From assembly GCF_038025025.1 (NCBI RefSeq), contig NW_027117345.1, forward strand, positions 1,860,001 through 1,924,000: a stretch of 64,000 bases of DNA, read 5' to 3'. The position numbers and the translations under genes were made by a program. Below are positions 10,529 through 22,771 of the stretch, one piece after another (positions within the stretch are counted from its first letter, which is position 1; each line of letters begins with the position of its first letter). This DNA is from Phyllosticta citribraziliensis. Its lineage: Eukaryota. The notes under the pieces are model-generated. The model saw only the letters and a program-made list of their open reading frames with translations, searched no databases and had not been told where the DNA came from.

Positions 10529-13510
10529 ATGGCGATGCGTACGTAAACTTGAGCTTCCCCATGCACACCGCCAACCCCTGCAAGCCAGCTTGCAAACATT
10601 CGTGGAAAAGCTCCAACTGACGATTCGGAAATGCAGAGCTGGACATGTCCAACGGTAAACGCAGCTCAACCCTTCTCGCGAGGCGCTCCTACTCCCGACG
10701 GTAGCTAATACCAGCACACAGCCCAGGTGATGAAGGACGAGTCTGGGAGACCGTTCATCATTGTCAGAGAGTATGTGTCACCAGCCCAGAAGCGGCGCTC
10801 CACTCGAGCAAGCGGTAACAAAAATACAGCCAGGGCAAGAAGAAGAGACAACACGGCACGGACGCGGTCAAGTCGCACATTCTCGCAGCCAGGACGGTTG
10901 CAAACATTGTCAAGACTTCGCTGGTAGGGCAATACAGACGTCGAATCGTGACCGTTTTGCTGATTGGAGAATAGGGCCCACGAGGCTTGGACAAGATTCT
11001 GATTTCCCCTGACGGAGACATTACGGTCACCAACGATGGCGCTACCATTTTGTCGCAGGTACAGAGGACCACAGCTAGGGACGAGCAGCTCTGACGGAAA
11101 ACGCAGATGGAAATCACCAACCACGTCGCAAAACTCTTGGTCGAACTCTCCAAATCTCAGGATGACGAAATAGGAGACGGCACGACCGGCGTCGTTGTCC
11201 TCGCCGGTGCGCTGCTCGAGCAGGCCTTGGATCTGATCGACAAGGGAATTCACCCCATCAGAATAGCAGACGGCTACGATGCTGCCTGTGAGGTCGCCGT
11301 GGCCGAGCTCGACAAGATTAGCGACGAAATCACCTTTTCCCGTGACAACACCGAGAACCTCTTCAAGGTGGCCAAGACGAGCTTGGGCAGCAAGATTGTG
11401 TCCAAGGCCCACGACAAGTTTGCCCAAATGGCCGTCGATGCTGTTCTTTCCGTTGCGGACCTGGAGCGCAAGGACGTCGATTTCGAACTCATCAAGGTCG
11501 ATACCAAGGTCGGCGGCGCGCTCGAAGACTCGGCCCTCGTCAAGGGCGTCGTCATCGACAAGGACTTTTCGCACCCCCAGATGCCCTCAGAGGTCCGCGA
11601 TGCAAAGATTGCGATCCTCACCTGCGCCTTCGAGCCCCCCAAGCCCAAGACCAAGCACAAATTGGACATTACCAACGTCGAGGAGTTTAAGCGCCTGCAA
11701 AAGTACGAGTCGGAAAAGTTCACCGAGATGATTGAGAGCATCAAGGCTACGGGCGCCAACCTTGCCATTTGTCAGTGGGGTTTTGACGACGAGGCCAACC
11801 ACATGCTTCTCACCAACGACCTGCCTGCTGTCAGGTGGGTCGGTGGTCCCGAGATTGAGCTGATTGCCATTGCCACCAACGGCCGGATAGTCCCGCGATT
11901 CGAAGACTTGAGCGCCGCCAAGCTTGGTACTGCTGGCGTCGTCAGGGAGATGACCTTTGGCACAACAAGAGACAAGATGCTTGTGATTGAGGAATGCGCC
12001 AACACGAGGGCAGTCACGGCTTTCTTGAGAGGAAGCAACAAGATGGTAGGATGAAAAGCTCAGTTGGACTATTAATGCTGACACGGCCTAGATTATTGAT
12101 GAGGCCAAGCGGTCCCTCCACGACGCTCTGTGCGTCGTCCGCAACCTTGTCACGGACAACCGCGTCGTCTACGGCGGTGGTGCAGCTGAGATCGCTTGCT
12201 CTCTGGCTGTCGAAGATGCCGCTGTCAAGGTAGGATTTCATCCAATCCGCATCAATTGTCGGAGCTGACCTCGAGACAGAGCCCTGGCCTTGAGCAATAT
12301 GCCATGCGCGCCTTTGCCGACGCGCTTGACTCTGTCCCCATGGCCCTCGCAGAGAACTCGGGCCTGAGCCCCATCGAAACCCTTGCGTCCATCAAGTCTA
12401 GACAGGTCAAGGAGTCCAACTCCCGGTTAGGTGTTGACTGCATGCAGTCTGGCAGCAATGGTAAGCAATCCTGCGCTTCCGCCTTGCGCCACTCAGATAT
12501 ACCCATGTCCACCTTTGGTTCCTTGCTTGTACTCGCCTGCGCTCCCTGCTCCTGCATTCTCTGCAGCCACTGCTGCCAGCTCTTTTGCGGCTGCATGGGG
12601 CTTGCAGCGTGGCGCCCCGACATTACACACCGAGGGCACACAGAGTCCAGGCCCGCGTTGTACATGCAGCGGCTCGCACCTTCTTTCGACACCACAACCT
12701 TTTTGCAAATTGGTCACTTTTACACAGACTCGAATTTGCAAGGCTGACGATTTGAGTGTAGATATGCGCGAGCACTTTGTCATCGACCCCCTGATTTCCA
12801 AGAGACAGCAGCTCCTGCTCGCTACGCAGCTGTGCCGCATGGTCCTCAAGGTACGTCAGCTTTTTTTCAGTCACATGCGATCCTTACCAAATCCCCTGCC
12901 TATCGTTGCGCGATGCTCTGCACCATCATCATCATCACCATCATCAGCCTGCAGGCGTCCAGCCACGGCGGAAGATCCGACGTCCAACGTCCCGTTCCGT
13001 CACCCACGCGACGGTCACACAGGATGCATACCCCCCTCACAACGAATCGAATCGCCAATCACCACCCCCTCCCCTGCAGCCACGCCGGAGCCCCGAATCT
13101 TCCATCACGCGGAAACATTCGCTCGCTGCAAAACCCTGCTTTTCTCCTTGCCTTGCTCCGCATAACCTTCCCTCGCCTCGAGCTCCCTCCCTGCCACTTT
13201 TCTATTCCCACACCCCTTGGTCAGGGCAATTGCCGAATGCCGTTGAATCCCCGCAAACGGCCATTCAGGTCGCGCCCGGAAAGCAGCATCCCCGCGTCCC
13301 CGCTGGTCCGCTGGTGGCGCCAGGGGTCTGGGGTAGATTTCCTATTCGCAGATGAGATTTGGGGATGCGCAGCCTCACCGCTCTTTTTTTTTCTCATTTG
13401 TTTTATGAATTTTCATCTGCAACGGGGGAAAAGGCTAACATTGTGGCGCTCTTTGCTTGCTCTAGGTCAACAACGTCATCATCGCCGGTTCGGACGAGAA
13501 CGAATTTTGA
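10529..13510 (+). CDS. CCT5: T-complex protein 1 subunit epsilon (chaperonin CCT5), multi-exon
   Basis: [25 protein letters not shown] start; motifs [58 protein letters not shown]-terminus [31 protein letters not shown]. The last two introns are 12461-12761 and 12851-13465. Confidence 0.97.
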
Positions 13511-15747
13511 GCTGAGCCGAGCCCCTTGTAGGCGCAGCCGGCGTGCACGCATTGCATGCAGCAAGCAGGGGAAGGAGGAGGAGGTGGTGGTGGTGGACGA
13601 ATAGCAGCAGCAGGGGAATATCAACGTGTTCTGGCTCTTCTTTGTCGTGGCCTCTATTTTGGCATCACACATGAAAGCAGATAAGCAGCGAGTCTGCTTG
13701 CATTGGTTGGCGTCGTTTTGTGTCATAGTGGTAGCCCGTCAATCAGCAAAAAGACAATAATCTAGCACGAGCAACAAAAAAGGAGCATGGATGAATCTCT
13801 GTGGTTGGACATGGCTGATGGCGCCGGTGGCTGCTTTTGCTGCTACTATGGGGAGTGATTATGAAGGTGGTGGGTGAGCTGCTGGCTGGCTGGCTGGAGC
13901 TGGGATTGCGTATACAAGGTAAGATGTTGTGCATGCATGCATGTTTACATCGATGCTTGGGCGATTGGGTAGGTGGTGTGGAGGCAATAAGGCAGGTATG
14001 TAGGTAGACGGGTACATGGGAAAAAAAAAAAAAAAAAAAGAACAGCGATTGAAAACAACATTTGCGGGTTTGTAGAGCGATTGACCGAGTGTGTATAAAG
14101 ACATGGCGAACAATGCAAGACGCTTGGATGCTGCGTTCATTTGGGGAGGAGTATAAACTAGAAGCACCATGCTGGTGGCTTGCTTGTTTTGGCACCGCTG
14201 TATGATGTAGATGGAGAAAGAGAGAGAGGCGGTTTCTGCGTCCCATCTCCAGTGGTTCTTGACCGGTGCAGGTGTTGCGTCACGGCAGGTTGGCTGCATA
14301 GCGTGTATGTACGTGCATGTGCGTGGGTGGGGGGGGGGGGGTCGGGCGGTCAGTCAGTCAAGTCAGTCAGCTGGCGTTTGTGGTGTTGAGGAGGGGGTAA
14401 GGCAAGTGAGTGAATGAACGATGGCAGGAGGCATTGGCCAATCTACCCGCCTGTCTGCTGCCGTGCATCCACCGCAAGTGTGGAGGGCCGCGGCGGCCAA
14501 GCCCTGCATCTGTGTCGGTGTGGGGTGCTGTGTTGTGCTGTGTTGTCCAGACCAAGAAGTGCGTGAAGGAAACACACACGCTGGCTGCACACACACGGAC
14601 AGCCCGTCGGGTGGTCGGTCGATCAGTCAGCCAGCCACACAGTGCGGGGAGCGTTCGTTCGTCGGTGTCCTCGTTGCTGTGTTGCACACGCACAGCATGA
14701 CCTCCTTAGTCATCCGATCGATCAGTCAGTCAGTAAACTAACTGGTGGGTCAGACTCTCTCCGCGGATGTGTGTCTTGTGCTGTGCCGAAGTCGCCAATG
14801 CACTTCAGACAGCGCGGAAAAGACGCGTAAGGGTTGGTGAACGAGGTGGAAAGGGAGGGGGCGCAGGCGGTCGGTTGTGGTTTAGTATTGCTGTCTATCA
14901 AATTGCATTTATACAGACTACAGTACCAAATTCTGAAAGGAAAGGAAGGTAAAGGAGATAGACGGCGCCAAACGACGCTGCGCTCTCAGTTTCTTCTTTC
15001 ATTCCCACTCAGCTGTTGACGCAGAACTGTTGACTGTTTTAGCAGATTACTGCATTTTGCACATGCTGATCAAGCCCAGACCAAAATCTAGGAATGGAAG
15101 AAGGCACTCTTGAAATTCTTGACGAAATACACACATGTGGTAGATGCAGGCAGACCACCACACCAGAGCCCCAGTCGCTTACCCACCCACTTGCTTACCG
15201 GCCTGTGTGACGCGAGGTTGGTCTCCTTGTCTGTCTGCCCGTGGCCGCAGCCGCAGCGTCTTTCTACATGGCTGGCCATCACCGATGCGTGCGGGCGGTC
15301 AGGAGAGAAGACGTCATCCATGACATTAACGTAGTCAACAACCATCTTCACTACGACTGATGGCAGAGGCCGAAAAAGGCAGGAGCGAGAGGTAGAATAG
15401 CTACCTACCTAGTCGAACACCGTTTCGCCGTGAGGGAAACCGTTGTCAGCTACAGTGGTGAAGACACGTTGCTCTCTTGCTGTGAGCAGAGGAGAAGCGA
15501 GGGAGGAGGTCGAAAGAAAGCTAGGTAGCAGACTACCTCAGTCACGCCGGCAAGCGCAGGGGCCGTCAAGAAAAGAAGATGAGGGCATAGTATGTTCTCA
15601 ATCAAACAACGCCCTACGTACAGTACCGTACCGGAAATGCTTTTCTTTTGTCCGCCGGTGCCTCTTCCCTTTTCCCCTGACCACCTCAACTCCGACCGAT
15701 GCCATCGCCATCGCCGTCCGTCGCACCTCAAGCCTCAGACCTGTCTC

Positions 15748-18700
15748 TCACTTCTTCTCCTTCTCCTTTTCCTTCTCTTTACCCTTACCTTTCCCCGCCG
15801 CACCACCACTACCGCCCAAACTGCGCTTAAACGCCTTGGAGAACTTGCGCGGATCTAAGAGGCATTCGGTTAGCGGGAGCGCGCGGCCAAAGTGAAAGGA
15901 AAGGAAGAGTAGTGGTGAGAGCATATGAGTATGAAAGAGAGAGCGCATGAGAGAGAAAAAGCGCACGCCAAACGATGAAAGACGAAAACGGAAACGAGCA
16001 CGAGCACGAGCACGAGAGCGCCGCGAAGAAAGGAAGGAAGCGAGATGATACAACGCAATGCAGCGCGCCGCGGCAAGCACATGTTCTCGCTTCGTTCCAC
16101 TCCATCGCGTCCCACATCGCTTCGTCTCAGCGCGTCTCGAATCGAGTCGAGTCGCGTCGTGTCGACAGACATGCTCGCCGTCGCCGCCTGTCTGCAGACA
16201 GACAGACAGGCAGATAGGCAGGTAGGCAAGCACAAGAGCCAGCACGCTCGACACGTGAAAGCCTCAGCCGCAGAACGAACGAACGGTGCGAAACGACGAC
16301 GACGACGACGAGACGAGACGACCACTCGCGACAACGCCCAATGAGCAGCGTGCAGGGAGCAGGGTGCGAGACGCGGGACGGGAGTGCGTGTAGGGTTGAC
16401 TAAGCGGGAGGCTGGTGCGCGCGTAGCCTCCGCAGCAGCAGCCACAGAAAGAAGTGCGGTGAAGCAAAACGAGAAAACATGCGTGCCCGCGCCCACGAAA
16501 GCGCCCACGACTAGACCTCCGCGCATTGGCGACCAGCTGGACGTGGTGCCAAAGGCGCGAGAGAAGGGCGGAAAAATAAGACGTGTTTGAAGAAGCGGAG
16601 TGAGGCGTGGGCGCCTGGTTTGTGGCATGTGCAAAGGGAGAGCGGCAGAGGGGGTTAGGAGACTAGAACAAAGCAAAGCAACAGACAGACGACAGACGAG
16701 CAGCTGATGCGCAAGCTAGCGCGACGGATGGCGGTGGCGCATGATTCCCTTTGGCGGCCGGCCGGGGAAGCACAATGGTGCAGCCGGCCGGCATGAGAAA
16801 CAAGACGGGGGGGGTAAAAGAAAGGGAAAGAAAGGGCGAAAAGGAAAAAAAGGGGTAGACAAACGGAGATGACAAAACGAACGAACGAGCATGAAACCAA
16901 CGAGGGCGGGCAACGAAAGAGAGGAAGAGAATGAGACTTGCCTTTTCTGCTCATCTTGATCGGATCTCTGGTACCTTCAGACCACAAAACATCCAAGTGT
17001 CAGCCATCATCGCGGGAGGGAGGGCGAAAGCAAAAAAAAACCCCCCCAAGAACAACAAATATAAAGCAAAAAAAGAAACGACAAATTTCCCCCCGTGGGC
17101 GGACGCGGTGGCAAAGGCAATTCCAGTAATCACTGCCGACGGCGTGAATCAGGCGAGGTGGTGCAGATGATGATATTTGTTGATGTCGGCGAGGAAAAAG
17201 CAGCGTTGCCGAAAACCGCGACGGCGGCAGCAGCCTGCTGCCTTCATCACCACCCACGCGGCATGGTGTTTGGACACCACGGGCGGACGGACGGACACCA
17301 CGGTACCGCACACGCACATGGCTGGCTCTCTGCCGAGAACTGGGGCAGACAGGCAGAAGCAAGCTCGTCACGAGCGCAAGGAAGCGAGCAGGCGCGACAA
17401 GAATGCTCCGAAGACGACCTGAAGAAGAAGCGCAAACCATCCGAACCCAACCCCACCCGCCAACCGGCGGCCAGACATCAAAGGCCGACGACGACGACGA
17501 CGGGTTGAGTGACCGAGAGCGAGAGTGAAACAGATGACTGACGAGCCACGGCGCGCGCACGCACCCACATGACCGCTTCTGCGGCAGCGCCAAGAGGCAA
17601 AGCAAACGAAAGCCAGCCGGCCAGCCAGATGCAGGGCGCGCGTGCTTGCGTGGTGTGGTGATGAACGGCGATGGAGGAGGTGAAGGTGGCCGCCCGCCCG
17701 CCTGCCCGTCCGTCCGCTACAGTAGGTACCAGCAGGCAGACGAGAAAGAGCCAGAATGCTGCTGTGCTGCAACCTGTGGGCACACCTGGTCTGCACAGTA
17801 CCAGCCATCCGGAAAGGTAGGTACCTAGGTACCGTCGTGAAGCAACAACCGGCGCAGCAGCGCCTCCGCAGCCAAAGCGGTAAGCGGGGGAGGGCGGGCC
17901 CGGGGGCGCGGGAAAAAGAAAAGAAGGACGACAGCCACACCAGCGAAACGAGCGGGCGGCATCCCGGAAGCAGAGACCTGACCTGAGCATGGACGAGGGA
18001 GAGCAAAGGAATAGCCAAAAGTGGCAGGCGACAGGCGGGCGGAACGCGGCGAACGACTGACCCCAGAGACCGGGGGGCGGGAAGCCACGATTCCCCAGAC
18101 GCGTCCGTCGTCTCTTTGGGTTTGGGTTTTTGGCTGGATTTGGTTGCGGGCAGCGAACCAACCAACCAACCCACCGCACAGCTGCGCTCTGCTCGACGCA
18201 GAGTCTTTGCTCTCCGAGACTTGGGTTAGACCTTCGACACCCAGCGCGGGGCAGCGCACGTGGCCCGCGAGCCTGTTCAGCACCCGGCGAGGAATAAAAG
18301 CTTGCTTGCTTTCCCATGCCCTGCCCTGACCTGGTCTGGCACCTGGCTTCGGCACGTTGCGCGGATGCTGCCACCTCGGCTCACTGTCGCCCGGGGGCCA
18401 ATCAAACAGGGCCAGAAACAAAGCTCCCGAGGGCCCGCTGTAGGTGGTGGCTGGATGATTCAGAAAAAGAAGAGTGTGTGCGCTGCGTCCGTATGATCGT
18501 CCGTGGGGATTGTTGCTGCAAACAGGCTGCGCCCCGCAAAAGTGTGTCCGGCCGTCTCGAAACAATATGGGGTGGTCATCCGCGTGAAGGCAGGCCTGGA
18601 CAAAGAAGTGCCGAAGCGAAGAAAAAAGGTTGTTCTGGAAGCAGCTGCTCCATTGGCGACGCTTCTGGCAGCAGGCGACCCCGCAAGTGCGACACGAGGC

Positions 18701-21700
18701 ACCAAGACCGTCGTCGGTCTTTGTCTGCGTCGTTATTCGCAAGAGGTCTGCTGGTGCGCAAAACCCTAGATCGGCGCTTGTCCATGTCGACGACACAAGC
18801 AGTCATGCCGGAAGCGGGGAGGGTACGTATCCGGGAAATTCTAGCGCCCTCTGCGTCGTCGTCGTCGTCGTCGATGCGTCCGGTCGCACGGTGATTGGGC
18901 GCGAGAGGGGCAGCAAAAGTCGTCCACGACGACTACATCGACGCTAGCGCCAGATGGTCATGGTGCCGCGCGGCAGCTGGCAGGGATATCCCGCGGTAGG
19001 GCGGGAATAAGGCGATGGCGGTCAAAGGAGAGAGAAGCCACATTTGCCGTCCAGAAGGGGAAGCCGAGCGCGCCACGGGGTTCAAGTTTAGAAGCGAAGA
19101 AATGAGAAATACGTACCTTTACCACCCTCCCAGAAGCCACCGCCCTTCTTGCCGACGAGCATGGCGTGGCAGATACCGCAATCTTCCGGTCGAAAGTTTT
19201 GCTCGCGCGAGCCTTTTGGAGGAAATTGATTAGACGTGGGGGCGGCTAGGAGATGATTCTCAACTTACAATGTCCACTGCGAGAAAGCAAGCAAAGTCAG
19301 CAAAACGCAAAAGCAATGATCGACAAGACTTGGAATAGGGCTGCAGATGAGTGACGCTTGGCAACGGAACAGGCGAAAAAAGGAAAGACGTGGGCGGCAA
19401 TAATGCGGGGGATGGGGGGGTCGGGGTAGCTAAACTGGGGAAACTCGGCCAGCCGTATGACGTCTTCTCGGCCACTGTGGGGGCATCCAGCTTCCAACCC
19501 GCCGCCTCGGGCCTCAGGACTCTACAACAAACAGCCAGCACTTACCATATCATGCGATTCGCGTGTTCATTGGGATGGCCTGCTTCTGCGTCGTGGCATC
19601 TGCCCAAGACAGGTCAGTCAGCCACAGCACTTGACCACCGCACCATCAAACGGCTGCCCGTCGAGGGCGCAAGCGCGTTTTGGGTCAGGGGGCGGAATGC
19701 AATACCTGTCGCATGGGTAGACCCGATTGCAGCACGAGAACCTAGACCACCAATGAGCACTCCGTCGCCAGCCAACTCGCAAACAACAGCAACACCAAGA
19801 CGTACCGGAACCACCTAAGGCTCTTTGAATAGTGCGAGCACCGCCCGCGCCTCGGCAGCTCTTGTCCAACGACGATTCCGAGATTCTCTTTGGCCTGGAC
19901 ACGCGCGAAATAGTCAACATGTGAGCCAATCGAGCGCGCGCGCGCACCCCTCTGTCCAGGGAGGGGCCTGCGACAAACCTTTTTGCGAGGGAGAGGTCGG
20001 GCAGCGCGACCTGTGTGATCACATTGTCAACATCAGTAAGGGTGCACCTCGCAGCAAATAGGCTCGCCGGGCGCCCTTCCGCCCAGGCGGCCCCGGCTCG
20101 TTTCCGACGTACCTGTCGATGCGCTAACCAGCAAGAACTTTACTTCTGGAATCCGAAATCCTGTCGACGCGGTTAGGTTTCCGTTCCTTGCAAGAAGATA
20201 TTGACGACAGCGACGGTCGTGGTTTCCCCTTTTTCCGTGCAACGTGATCCGATGATGTAGGTGGACGTCGGGTGGTGGCACATACCCATTTTCTTGTGGC
20301 ACGCCCTGCATATTGCCATTGCATTTTCGCCCCGGACTGACGCGACCCCCGGACTGGGGTACTGCGTCGAGCAGCCCGAGCACGTCGGGACGAAGTTGCT
20401 GTTTGGGCGCCACCAACATCAGCTGGCAGCCGCCATCGGCTATTCCGTACGTCGGCTTACCTGGTGAGCAGGTCGACTGGCGTGCAGCCGTCGAGATCAA
20501 GGTGCCCGGCGCGGACTGAATTGGCGTGCATCATGTCCATGCGGTAGCCTTGCTTCTGTCAGTCGCATGACCACATGTAAAATTGAGCTCGGCCCTGAGC
20601 AATACCTATACTGAGAACATTGGCGCATTTCTCGCAAGACTCTGTCCGTACGTCCGTATTGTTAGGCTTGAGGTTGACAAAGTCGCGCATGTCCTTGCAT
20701 CGTGTACACTTGACTGTAAGGCACAAATTGACCAGCTCCAGCAGCTCGATGCCAGAGAGTTCTAGATGCGGAAAGGACAAAGCAATGCCCCTCTCGGGAC
20801 CGGCTGCAGGCGAACTCTCGGCTCGCGGCCCCTCTACTGCATCCTCGTCTTGGCTGCTTTCTTCTTCAGAGTCATCTGCATACGAATCGTCAGAGTCTTC
20901 GTCGTCGTCGTCCTCGGCGTTGCTCGGGTGCCACTCTGGAGGCCTCGGGATGGTGACAATGTGACCCTTTTGGTCGTCGCTGTTAGCACTGCCAGCGATC
21001 GGCTGCGCCGTAGCAGAGCCAGCGGCGGGCTTGGTCGCAGCCGAGCTTGCTTGCGCTGTTCCTAGTAGTCCTACCATCTGATCAGCGACTGCAGCGACGG
21101 TAGCCTCTTCGGGCTTGCGAGGGGCCTCGCGCGCCATCGTGTGCATGTTTGCCGACAGGTAGTTGATGTGATTCATCAAGGTCCACTCGGGCACTTGGCT
21201 GACCCTCTCCTCAAAGGCACGCTCCAGGGGCGAAGCGTCCCTTTCCTCGATACCCTGCAGTTGCACGCGACAAGGCTGCAGCGGATAGGCTTCAGGAACC
21301 GTTAGCTCCACCGTCTTGACTGCCTGCAGCGGCAAAGGCAAGTCGGCCCTTTTGCGTGGCTCGACGGGCAGCATGAAGAGTCCATCGGCCAGCTTGGTGA
21401 ATTGGGGCAGCCTTTGCAGACGGGCCTCTAGCTGGCGTAGCTCTTGCTCGCGCCTGGCCCTGGCCGCGGCTCTCTGCTCGGCGCTGTATGCGGGCTCAGC
21501 TGGCTTCGCTGGCAACGCCGAATGTGCTAGCATTTCTGGTGGTGGAGCATCCCTTATGACCACCTCAGGCGGCGAGGGAGCCGCCGTGGGGGCATGAGGA
21601 TTCTCCTTGGCTGCAGCATTGGGGACGATCTTGATAGAAAACATCTCTGCGGGCTGGGCTGTCAGGAGCGTCTCGAGCCTCTTGTCTAATGCATTCATGG

Positions 21701-22771
21701 CTGCCAGGAGCGTGAGGTTCGCTTTGCCGGCGGCCAGCACGGCATCGAAGCCTCGCTCGACGTTGATCTGGAAACCACGGTCCATCTCACTGTTGGTGAC
21801 CCTCAGCCGGGGCGGCGCAGCCCCACCACCGCTTGGATAAGACGCGGGGACGACGAGCGCGCATTGGAGAGCATCAATATCAAATGGAAAATCTGGATCC
21901 GAAGGTTTCATGCCAAAGTCCATGACAGTCGAGCCATTCGCTTCCTGACGTTCCTTGGGAGCGAATCTGCGGCGGATTTGCGAAAGCTGAAACTCGCGAG
22001 GTTGCTCAGCTTGCGCCCTGGGCGTGGGTCGCTGCACCACGCGCGAGCTATCCACCGTCACGGCGGGAGGAGCGTATTGTTGCTTTGGCGCTCGCGGTCC
22101 CGAGGGCGGATTGTTGCCGCGCTCCGACTCGGTCGCCACAGAAGAACCTGAAGGCTGGTGGCTTGCATGCTGATGCTGCTGCCGGGATCTGGGTGCGGCA
22201 GCGGCAGCGGCAGCAGCGTCGTGGGCAAAAGGACAATCGTCACCGGCACGGCAGCCTAAAACAATTGGAAAAAAAGAATCTTCATTAGCGAAACTGCTGT
22301 CTTCAAGGATTGGCAGGTCTGGTGACTGCAAAAAAAAAAAAAAAAAAAAGAAGAAGAAGAAGAAAAAGTTTGAATAAAGAAATCAGGGATCGGGGAGGTT
22401 GCCTGGGCATGGCGAGGGGACCCCACGCAGGGCCGCGCAAACCAGGCAATCGACGAGGGGCAGGAGGGTAGCTTGACATGTCGCGAGCTCCCACGTGCTC
22501 ACCGGACGACTGGGGGAGAGACAATCAGGAAAAGGGTTTTGCCTGGGCCCAATGAGTCCCCATCGTTTCCAAGGGGGTTGCTCACGGGATACATGAAAAT
22601 GCAACCGAATGCAACGAGAAGACAAAGATGGAGGCAAGCCATACCAGATTTAGAGGCGTAAAAGCGACATGCCCTTTTCTTGGACGCCCCTCCTCCTCGC
22701 CGTGACGCAGCAGGCGGGTGGTGTCGATGGGTTCCCGTTGGAAGCTCTGCGCTGTCATTGATGTCGGCCAT
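15748..22771 (-). CDS. CCCH zinc finger + RWD-like regions + CHY-type zinc-finger protein, 13 exons
   Basis: Exons (minus strand): 22771-22645, 22255-20606, 20548-20461, 20398-20286, 20160-20113, 20010-19979, 19894-19806, 19741-19706, 19599-19546, 19276-19269, 19212-19117, 16974-16942, 15854-15748. Splicing restores CRFYASKSGCRAGDDCPFAH (CCCH) and GRCSHYSKSLRWFRFSCCNRVYPCDRCHDAEAGHPNEHANRMICGHCSREQNFRPEDCGICH...GFWEGGKGTRDPIKMSRKDPRKF (CHY plus tail) in one frame. Confidence 0.88.

Noticed and set aside
17820..17833. Perfect 14-bp palindrome GGTACCTAGGTACC in the 2.1-kb intron
   Set aside because: Single short palindrome built from common (TAGG/TACC) simple repeats; expected occasionally by chance.
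13600..19000. Dozens of 60-320 aa ORFs in the six-frame track
   Set aside because: Low-complexity translations of GC-rich microsatellite DNA, lying in CHY introns or intergenic space.
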